From the NCBI RefSeq assembly GCF_001194135.2, contig NC_068982.1, forward strand, positions 149,412,055 to 149,476,054: 64,000 nt of DNA, given 5' to 3'. The notes under the pieces were generated by a model. The model saw nothing but the letters and a program-made list of their open reading frames with translations. It ran no database searches and was not told where the DNA came from. This document shows positions 53,420-64,000 of the stretch, piece by piece. Origin of the DNA: Octopus bimaculoides. Taxonomy: Eukaryota. The translations under genes and the position numbers were made by a program. Every line of letters begins with the position of its first letter. The stretch's first letter is position 1.

Positions 53420-53915
53420 TCTTGACCTGTTGGGGCAAACGAAAGCGAAATCGTGATGGCACCTGTACCAGTGGAGCACTAAGAGCACCGTCCGAGCATG
53501 ATCATTGCCAGAGCAGCTGTCTGGTTTCCATGCCAGTTGCACGTAAATAGCACCAGCGTGATTGTTACCGATGTCGCCTTCCGGGCACTTGTACCAGTGG
53601 CACGTGAAAAGACATTCGAGCAAGATCGTTGCCAGTGCCGCTGGACTGGTTCCTGTGCAGGTGGCATGTAAAATACACCATTTTGAGCGTGGCCATTGCC
53701 AGTACCGCTTGACTGGCCCTCGTGCCGGTGGCACGTAAAAGCACCCACTACACTATCGGAGTTGTTGGCGTTAGGAAGGGCATCCAGCTATAGAAACTCT
53801 GCCAGATCAGATTGGAGCCTGGTGTAGCCACCTGGTCCACCAATCCTCAGTCAAATCGTCCAACCCACGCTAGCATGGAAAGCGGGCGTTAAACGATGAT
53901 GATGATGATGATGAT
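53420..53915 (+). mobile_element. RTE-LINE 3' UTR, young (CpG-rich)
   Basis: Homologous to 18044-18575 and ends in (GAT)n. Confidence 0.9.
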
Positions 53916-54444
53916 GAACAACATTCAGTACAATTTGGTTTTCTTTTCATGAAATGGCAGTTTTCCTTGTAATTTTATAATTAAAACTGATGAACAACTT
54001 AAACTGAAGATTACCTGTGCATTATTCTATGTATTGTTCATACACTTTGGGCTACTCTTTCTGAGTTGTAGTGCACCTGAGCACTGTATGCAATAATTTC
54101 ATTATTATTATTTTCATTCTTCTAAATTTGCTCACTCCTTATGGCTACAAATCTTTTAGTCCTTCATAATATTTTGCAAATTTTGTAAATTTTGTTTTAA
54201 GCATTTTGTCTTTCTATGCGAGATACACTAATTTGTCTAATTAAAAATTTATCATTGTTAATGTGGTTTAATTAATAAATCCTCATTATGAATTATTTCA
54301 AATGAATAAATGACCATTACTTATCAAATCATTCTTAATTAATATATAATCATTATCTTTTAGCAATTTTACATCAGATTAACAGGTTTTCATTTATTAA
54401 TATCCTATCAATCTCAGTATGATAAAAAAAAAAAAGATGCTAAA

Positions 54445-54487
54445 ATGATGATGATGGTGATGATGATGTTGATGATAATGATGGTGG

Positions 54488-54582
<95 letters not shown>
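54445..54582. repeat. (ATG)n microsatellite
   Basis: Read directly from the sequence. Confidence 0.97.
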
Positions 54583-55645
54583 TTAACAGTTATAGAGATG
54601 GTGATGAGAATAATATCTACATACTGGCAAAAATGCATCTATATTCATAGCATGTAATGTGTATGCATGTTATCTGTTTGTATGCTGGTACAGCTATGCA
54701 TGCATCATGTATATGAACACTACATGTATTTATGAATGTGCAGACTATGTGTGTTTGTGTAAGTTCATACATGCATGCATTTGACTGCATACCACACGTC
54801 TATGTATCTATGCATAGATGTTGTTACACTTTATGTGTATGCATTTGCACACATACATATACATACAATGAGTGAGTGCATGTATTTATTTATTTTTATT
54901 TTTATCTATCCCTTAACTACAAACACACATAGACACACACACACTCTCTCCCTTCCCCCTCTCTCTCCCTACTGTATAAACATCTGCCTCTCAGTACCTC
55001 ATGTCTCCCATGTCACACCTTTTCTCACAATTAAACTACTACAACAATCAACCAATTTACCCCCTCTATGATCCTAATGACTTTTAAATAAAAAGTAATG
55101 AAGCCAAAACTTTTCATTTCTGCTGATCCATAAATTGCAAATCCCCTTGTCTTTTTTTCTGTCAATAACTGCCAAATTACTTTACTATTCACAAATACTG
55201 GTCTGAAAACAAATATATCTCAACCTGTTTATGTTTTTGAATGAAAAAAAAAACACCCCCTTTTGTCCTGACTAACATATACCTCAACTCACACAAACAC
55301 AGACATAATTAATCCTTACATTGAAAGATAATTAGAAATTGAACTTAAATATCTTCCCCCAAACAGAAAACATCATACTACACCATTCAGAACCCACACT
55401 AATCCAAACCAAATCCATCTCCACAAAACACGTCTGCTTCAAAATTCTTCATTAATTCAAGAATTCCTATGTCAGAATGAAAACAATGATTGCTGTGAGG
55501 TATGAATTCTTTGAATTTGCATTGTAAATTTTTATGCAACAAATGCAGTGATTTCGTTTTTTTATTACAGGTTACAGTTCATAGAATGTACATTCTATAT
55601 ACTCCACTTTCTTTCACTTTCTCTTTCTCTGTCTATAAATAGGTA

Positions 55646-55711
<66 letters not shown>

Positions 55712-55953
55712 ATCCGGGATACCCTATTGAAATGTGCATAGGTTTGGCTTATTGTGGTTGTTTCTGTTATTATAATTGTTGCTGCAAAAAAGTATCTTCA
55801 ATGCATTGATTTTGAGCTCTATCTTTTAAGAGACATATATATATATATATACAAAAACTCACCTGTGAGCTTTTTGCTAAGACTGTTAACAGATACTATA
55901 TATTTTGTAAAATTTTGTTTTATAAAAGTATATATTTAATATATATATATATA

Positions 55954-56432
55954 CGTGGTCTGATCACTAAGTATCTAGGTGGTTGCCATAGTAACAAAGC
56001 TAAAGCATGCAAAGTGAAGCCACTTGACACAGATTGACCTTGACCTCTGCTGTGCATGCACACTAAGTTTCAATGTTCTAGCTCGCTTCTGCTGTTTATA
56101 GCAGTGCTTGGAAGGAAGGTGTGTAGCGTGTGATCATCACATTTACCACGACAGAGAAAGTTAAGCAGTGAATTTGCATCAAATTTTGCCAAAAGCTTGA
56201 TGATACCTGCTCAAAGGCCTATGCAAAGTTTTCAAAAAGCTTTCATCGTTCTCAACACAATCGAGGAGATCTTGTGCAACTGAAACCCAAGTGTCTTTTT
56301 GGTCAGCTGAAAGCAGTTTTGGTACAAACTTGGCAGACATGCGTCTCATACCCTAATCTTCAGTGATAATGGACTGAACTGAACTGTAACTAATCTGCAC
56401 ATACCCTGATAACTCGTGGATATAGTGATTCA
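55954..56432. mobile_element. Mariner fossil with a plus-strand 5' end joined to an inverted internal segment
   Basis: TA|CGTGGTCTGATCA terminus, then TEKVKQ*ICIKFCQKL on plus. From ~56228 the minus strand reads QISYSSVQSIITED*GMRRMSAKFVPKLLSADQK..ENDESFLK. Confidence 0.8.
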
Positions 56433-56439
56433 ATGATTA

Positions 56440-56644
56440 CCCCTCACCTGGCTCCAATCTGATTTGGCAAGGTTTCTCCAGCTAGAAGCCCTTCCTAATG
56501 CCAAACACTCCAAGAGTGTAGTAGGTGCATTTTGAGTGCCACTGGCATGGGACCCAGTCAGGTGGCACTGGCATCAACCACACTCAAATGGTGCTTTTTA
56601 CATACCACCAGCATGGGCACCAATCATGCGGTACTGGCATCAGC

Positions 56645-56645
<1 letters not shown>
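56440..56645 (-). mobile_element. RTE 3' UTR fragment
   Basis: ggctccaatctgatttggc..cccttcctaatgccaa..gagtgtagtaggtgc. Confidence 0.75.
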
Positions 56646-56681
<36 letters not shown>

Positions 56682-57551
56682 ACGTGTGTGTGTGTATATA
56701 TATACATATATGTATATACATATGTATATCTGTATATGTATATATGCATTATATATATAGACACACACACACACACATATATACACATTATTGAGATTAA
56801 TGTTAAATTTATACATTTTAAGTATTATTTACATGCACATACAAACATCTGCACACACTATTCACTGCAAAAATACACACACTTATATGTGAACTGACAG
56901 AAATAATCTTTTAGAAATTAATAAATGAGAAACTTGAACTATTTTCTTTGGACAATATACAAATTCCAATAGCTTTTTGTATTTAGACAAGTTGATGAAT
57001 TAAGACTCTAAATATGAAGACAGTTTGTAAAATTGATATGAATATTAATATGGCAAACTGGTTTCATATAACTTTTATTCATAAAAGATTGTTAAACATT
57101 ATGAAATGGGTGTAAAATATATAGAAGTGACTCTGATAATAAAAAGTTAATTCAGAATAGGTTTGGAGTGATTTTATTTATTTGATTTATTGGTATTTCC
57201 TTATCTCTTTTTTTTTTTTTATTTCCATTTTTGCTGTCTTTCATTTTGTTTCAAAACATATTTATAAAGAGAACAAGAAATGAAGTGGCTGTACATGTAT
57301 GTGCACGTGAGTGTGTACAGTGTGTGTGTATGTGTGTGTGTGTGTGCATGTGTGTATGGTGTGTGTGTCCGTGTGTGTGTGCGTGCATGCATGCACATTA
57401 TCATCATCATCATCATTTAATGACTGTTTTCCTGTTGGCAGTGATTGGACAGTTTGACAATAGCTGGCAAGGCCAAGAGTCCCACCAGGTTCCATAGTCT
57501 GTGGTTTATAGATTTATGTATGTGCTTTGAGACATATGATTCCAAAAAGAA

Positions 57552-57632
<81 letters not shown>

Positions 57633-58084
57633 ATGTGAGAGAAAGAAAAAGAAAATGGAATTTACAAAATGCATTATTAATCACCATCATGCATTAGTCC
57701 CTCATGTGCAAGATGTTGTAGAAACAGTTGTCATGCATTATTGGTGCCAATGTGTCTCATTAGGGGACTTGTGTCAAAAGGTACCTTGTTTTTTAATCCC
57801 CATTTTGCTTATTTTGGTTAGATTACATTTTGGTAGTTGTCTGTAGGTACTTGCATACACAAGAAACTTGAATTAAAATGAAGAACACTTCCTGATTCAG
57901 GATTTGAAACCACAATCTTACAACCATGATTGCAACATCCTAAGCACTATGCTATGTGCCTTCATACACATACAGGCACACACATACATGCATGCGCATG
58001 CACGCACGTAAATATAATAAGCATGTACATCATCAACATCATCCTCATCATTTAACAATCATAAGAGTGATTGTGCAATTCACT

Positions 58085-58890
58085 ATAGAGGGGAAGGAGT
58101 CCACATAACCACACCCAGATCAACCAGGGCCCTCTGACAGGACCCTTCTCTTTGCTAAATGAAATGATGTCGGTCCCAGAACAGCTGCCAGGTATCTCCA
58201 CAAACTTGGTTACTGTGGCAGAGCAGCAAGAGGGAAGCCACTTCTTTGACCAGCCAACATCAAGCAGAGAAAAGATTGAGCCAGTGAGATGGTGGAGAGG
58301 CCACTAGCATTTTGGGACCCTGTCATATTCTCTGATGAGTCCAGATTTCCTGACAGTGATCAAGTGTGGGTCTGGACACTCTGTGATCAAGAATTTGATG
58401 TTAAAAGATTGCAGCTAACAATGAAACATGGCAACTATTCTCTGAGGGTCTGGAGAACAATTTGGAGCAAGGGTTGATCAGAGCTGGTGGAGTGTGAGGG
58501 AACCAAACTCAGATAAATATGTGTCCACATTGCAAAAAGGACGCCTTCCAATCTTCTCCAGTGGTGAAATGATTAAAGAAGAGTCTTTATTTATGGAAGA
58601 AGGGGTTCCTTGTTACATGGCTAAAATGACCCAAGATTTGTTGGATGAGAATGGCATTAAAAAGCTTCCAAGGCCAAGCCAGTCTCCAGATATGAACCCT
58701 ATTGAACACCTCTGGGACATAATGGACAGAACACTTCATAAAAAGAACAAGAAAGCTTCTTCAAAGTCAGATCTTTTGAGATTATTGCATGAAACTTGGC
58801 AAGAAATTCCGTTAGTGAATATTTGTCATCTCTCTGATCAGTAACATGCCTAATAGGGTCCTTGCATTGAAAAATGCAAAGGGCATGTCT
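58085..58890 (+). mobile_element. Tc1 (DD34E) transposase fossil
   Basis: KLGYCGRAARGKPLL..VIFSDESRF..FMEEGVPCY..SQSPDMNPIEHLW..MSTKY*, with stops and frameshifts. Confidence 0.9.
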
Positions 58891-59284
58891 ACTAAATATT
58901 AAATATTCTCATTATAACTATTAATAAATAATTTGAATGTATAATTTCAGATCTAAATAAATTTTTAGGATTATAAGGGTATCTATTTACTTCTGTCATG
59001 TCTATAGATGTCCCATGAGTTAATTTATGATAAGTATTCCATATATTTAAATATGGTATATGTTGATGCTCATTCTTTCTGATCATTTTATTCATATAAA
59101 GCCTTAGCACTGACTACCTACTGAGTCATTGATTAAATATTTTGCTTAGATGAACGAAAATTACACTGCATAAGTTCAAGTGCATCTACCTAGTAAAACT
59201 TTATACCTTAACATATCTGTCTCTCTATCAACCTATCTATCAATCTGAATGCATATCTATGAATGTATGTATGTATGCATGTAT

Positions 59285-59326
<42 letters not shown>

Positions 59327-59564
59327 AGAGTTCTTACTGCAGATGTTATGTTAAGACAGAGTTCACAAAGTTGGATAAGCTTGTATGCAGAAGGGGAGAC
59401 ATGAATACTGACATTTAGAGTAAAACTCTTCTTCTGAGAGGCGAAAAAATTCACCTTTAAATTTTTTTCCCTTTCTCAAGAAAGGTTCTGCTTCAAAATG
59501 TCAGTACTAACATCTCCTCACAGCACTCAAGTTTATCATTAATATTTATGAGGTTTTAAAGCAG

Positions 59565-60215
59565 GAAGCTGGCAGAACTGGTAGCACTCTGGACAAAATG
59601 CTTAGCAACATTTCATCTGTCTTCGTGTTCTGGGTTCAAATTCTGCCTAAGTCAACTTTGCCTTACATCTTTTTATTTACCCTTGAAAAAATGAAAGGCA
59701 GAGTCAACATTGGTGGAAATTGAACTCAGAACATGAAGTCTGATGAAATGCCGCTAAGCATTTCAAATTCCACTAACGCCAGTATCGGCTATTGCCAGTA
59801 CCATCTGACTGGCCGTTGCCAGTACTGCCTGACAGGCCGTTGCCAGTACCACCTGACTGGCCTTTGTGCCGGTGGCATGTAAAAGCACCCACTACACTCT
59901 CAGAGTGGTTGGCATTAGGAAGGGCATCCAGCTATAGAAACTCTGCCAAATCAGATTGGAGCCTGGTGTAGCCATCTGGATCGCCAGTCCTCAGTCAAAT
60001 CGTCCAACCCATGCTAGCATGGAAAGCGGACGTTAAACGATGATGATGATGATGATGATGATGATTGACTTTGCCTTTCATTCTTTCAAGGGTAATAGAA
60101 AGGTGAAAGGCAAAGTTGACCTCAGCAGAATTTGAACTCAGAATGTGAAGATGGATGAAATGTCATCAAGCACTTTCTCTAGTGTACTAGCAACTCTGTT
60201 AACTTGCTGCCTAAA
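59565..60215. mobile_element. Cluster: inverted pair of partial family A SINEs, RTE 3' end (59770-60063, plus) and a further family A fragment (minus)
   Basis: Homology to 3118-3329 in both orientations. The RTE terminus carries (GAT)n. Confidence 0.75.
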
Positions 60216-60369
60216 AAACTCTTAAATATTGGTTTCAAATTTTGGCACAGGTCCAGTGAGTTTCAGGAGAGGGACCAGCTATGCTGATTAAATTGATCCC
60301 TGTTCTCAACTAGTACTTATTTTATGGAGCTCTGATGACAGCTTAAGGGACATATCATATTAATATTAT

Positions 60370-60680
60370 TTGTGGCTAAGAGGTTAAGCTATTCAGCTCA
60401 CGATTGTAAGGTCATGAATTTGATTCCTGGTGACACATTGTATCCTTGAGCAAGGCACTTCATTTCACATTGCTCCAGTCCACTAAGCCAACTAAATTGA
60501 GCTCTACCTGTAATTCAAAAGGGCCAGCCCTGTCGTGCTGAATTTCCCTGAGATCTGCATTAAGGGTATGCATGTCTGTGGAGTGCTCAGTCACTTGCAT
60601 GTTAATTTCACGAGCAGGCTGTTCCATTAATTGGATCAACCAAAACCCTTGTTGTCGTAACTGATGGACTACCAGTTACG
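60370..60680 (+). mobile_element. tRNA-derived SINE sharing its 3' half with family C
   Basis: gtctgtggagtgctcag.cacttgcatgttaatttcacgagcaggctgttcc matches 25650-25705. Confidence 0.8.
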
Positions 60681-60929
60681 ATCTATACTACTGTCAACAT
60701 GATATACATCTACATGTGTAGACACTCATCATAACATTCATTCACACATACATATTGTCTGTCTTTCCCTAAAAAGTGAGTCCCATTATAACAAATGGAT
60801 AACATAGGAGAATAAGAAGAGATTCCTTCAATTTTACAGACAGCTACAAATTTCTTAGGACCCTAGTTTGTATTTGTTGCTTTTATAATGTCTCAAAAAT
60901 GAAGACTTGGCAGAGTCGTTAGAGCATTG

Positions 60930-61495
60930 GATTGAATCCTCATCATTATCATCATCATCATCCACATCATTGTCATCATCATTGTCTTCATCATTGTCAT
61001 CATCATCATCATCATCATTGTCGTTGTCATCATCATCATCATCATTATTGTCATCATCCTCATCATTTCAACATCATTTTTCCATGTACCTGCATGACTC
61101 AAAGGGTGTTATCAAAGCAAATTTTCCAAACCAGATGCCCTTTCTATCACCAACCCCTACCTGTTACCCCATAATCAAATATGTTTCCACAGAATCTTGA
61201 GAATAAATAGCATTTATTTACAACAACCACACAATGTCAAAGACAAAGCGATCCTAACATGCATGCACTCACACTCACATACCTTTCATCATCATCATCA
61301 TTTAACGTCCATTTTCTATGTTGCCATGGGCTGGACAGTTTGACCAGAGCTGACAAGCTGGGGAGCTGCACCAGGCTCCAATGTGATTTGGCATGTTTTC
61401 TACTACTGAATGCCCTTCCTACCATCAACCACTTTACAGAGTGTGCTGGGTGCTTTTATGTAGCATTGTAAGAGCACTTTTACATGGGACCAGCA
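60930..61495 (-). mobile_element. Two diverged RTE-related 3' ends with expanded (CAT)n tails
   Basis: Each has a (CAT)n run (60930-61065 and 61285-61300) followed by the terminus motif. Confidence 0.65.
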
Positions 61496-62086
61496 CAGGA
61501 CTATTGTGGAGTACGGATCTTCTTGAGTACAGCAAGGCACCAGGTATCTCTGACCTTTGTCATCTCATCTGAAAGATTCAGTACGCTGATGTATGTATAT
61601 GTATGTTTGTTTGTTTGCGTGCATGCATGTGTGTATGTGTGCGTGTGTCCATATATATAAAGAAGTAGTATAAGATGTGAATTCAGAGAATCATGTTGCT
61701 ATCACAGAAAGCTCTTTTTATGGACTCAGGTAACAGTCTATATAGTGATCCAATACAGAAAAGTGTAATGTAGAGTGTCCATGCAACTGAAACCTAGAAG
61801 ACCTGATTGCCAAAATTATCTCATGAGGATAAACCATAAAAGTCAGGAGTTATGCAAGATGAATATATATTCATTTAACCATGTGACATCCTTAGAATTT
61901 TGGCCATTTCACAACCTTCTTCGTGTAGTATTAATTTCAGTGAGGAAAAAATTATCCTAACATATTTGTATTAATATGTATACTTGGTATTTATCAACCG
62001 ATTAAGCAAACAATCAGTGAAATTACACCAGTGCATGTGTTTATTGTTATTGGTGTAATGACCCTCCCAAGATACAACAAATATGT

Positions 62087-62137
<51 letters not shown>

Positions 62138-62499
62138 TGTGTGTGCGTGCGTGTATGCATGTATGTATGTATGTCTTTTTCTTTCTTCAAACAGCCTCAA
62201 TAAACTCTACTCAATCAGACGCTTGGCATAGTGATAACTAATGGAATAATGTTTAGAAGCAACCTATATATAACTTATGGTACAGACATACCACAAACTT
62301 TCTCTGTTTGGGGGTCATGTTATTTACAATATTTATATTCTGCTTTGGAAATGTTGATCATGGGAAGTACAAAGTCAAGCATTTTGTGTCCTCTGATTCC
62401 AATCTCCTTATAATTGATTATGATGTGTCAACATAAGATTTTAACAAGATAGATTATATGATATAATTGTCACAAAACTACAGGAAAGTAGGACTTTTT

Positions 62500-62720
62500 T
62501 ATTCCTTTACTCCTTTACTTCTTTCAGTCATTTGATTGCGGCCATGCTGGAGCACTGCCTTTAGTCGAGCAAATCGACCCCAGGACTTATTCTTTGTAAG
62601 CCTAGTACTTATTCTATTGATCTCTTGCCGAACCGCTAAGTTACGGGGATGTAAACATACCAGCATCGGTTGTCAAGCGAAGCTGGGGGACAAACGCAGA
62701 CACACAAACATATACACACT

Positions 62721-62758
<38 letters not shown>

Positions 62759-62880
62759 NNNNNNNNNNNNNNNNNNNNNNNNNNNNNNNNNNNNNNNNNN
62801 NNNNNNNNNNNNNNNNNNNNNNNNNNNNNNNNNNNNNNNNNNNNNNNNNNNNNNNNNNNNNNNNNNNNNNNNNNNNNNNN

Positions 62881-62922
<42 letters not shown>

Positions 62923-63085
62923 TATGACAGGCTTCTTTCAGTTTCCGTCAACCAAATCCACTCACAAGGCTTTGGTCGGCCTGAGGCTATAGTAGAAGAC
63001 ACTTGCCCAAGATGCCACACAGTGGGACTGAACCCACAATCATGTGGTTAGTAAGCAAGCTACTTACCACACAGCCACTTCTGCG
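62500..63085 (-). mobile_element. SINE family B, near full-length, with a gap in its internal microsatellite
   Basis: The head, body and tail are all homologous to 18873-19585. Confidence 0.9.
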
Positions 63086-64000
63086 TCTATTTATTTTTTA
63101 TCATTTATTGTGTTCTTGTTGTTTCTTCTTTCTAAATTATTATGGGGAGGATAATATTTATTGGAATAACTGATTTTCAGATGAATTTTCTTCCTACTAC
63201 TAGCCAGTCAATCGTGAAAGAGAATGAACCTGATTTTTGTCAGGCAGGTAAACTGGAGTAAACATAGTTATCTATCTTGATTAGGGGCATCACAACACAA
63301 TGGCTGAAGTAAAGTGTGAAAACATGACTATGTGATCAGTAGTCCAGTACAAGAACCTCACAGATAGCATGCTTTACCAGCCAAGAACATTAAAGTAACG
63401 GGACTTTGCTGTTTTTATTGCTAAGATACAAAGCTATTAATATTAATACCAAACTGTGTGCTGCAGCTTTTACAGCATCACAGAATGGTGTTTACAAGTA
63501 TATTTTTCTCACACATCTATCAAATCTATTTTTGAACTGGTTGATCACCATCCGCTTTTCAGTTAATATGTATATTATGACCAAGACTGGGAGGCAAATG
63601 CATAAATCATGATAGGCTTTTTTAGCAGCAATCAAACTGGCCTGAACAACTTTTTTAACAGTAGGGAGGTCTGACTGAATTTCAAAAAGCATGGATTACG
63701 TACATTTTAGCATCCAACTGTTTCAGTCATTGGACTGCAGCCGTGCTGTGGCACCACCTTGAAGGGCTTAGTCAAATCAATCTCATGACTTGGTTTATTA
63801 TGTCTAGGATTTATTCTAGCGGTTTATTTTGCCAAACTATCAAGATGTACACAAACCAACACCAGCTGTCAAGTGGGGGGGGGAGACAAACTCAAAGCCA
63901 AACCACATACACATTTTCATATATATATATATATATATGCCAGCATGGAAAATGGAAGTTAAATGATGATGATGATGATATATATATATATATATATATA

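Overview
This is AT-rich, microsatellite-dense animal genomic DNA from a gapped draft scaffold (12 N-runs). The repeat content suggests a cephalopod such as Octopus; this is inferred, not database-checked. I could not identify any intact host protein-coding gene. Almost all six-frame ORFs are microsatellite or N-gap artefacts or transposon fossils. The window is mostly decayed mobile elements: many RTE-LINE 3' ends with (GAT)n tails, CR1, L1/Tx1 and R4/NeSL-type LINE remnants, several SINE families (three with clean target-site duplications), mariner, Tc1 and DD37D-like transposase fossils, and MITE-like palindromes. Three things stand out. (1) An 87-nt hairpin at 34311-34397 with pri-miRNA geometry, stabilised by G:U pairs only on the minus strand, lies in a CpG-retaining region with minus-strand splice signals. 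(2) A near-complete minimal type-I hammerhead ribozyme motif at 21613-21671 lies in a ~208-bp inverted repeat, and several decayed hammerhead-like motifs sit in other Penelope-like repeats. (3) Scattered strong minus-strand splice sites suggest a large spliced host transcript. Repeat boundaries without a TSD are approximate, and family names come from my recall of motifs.
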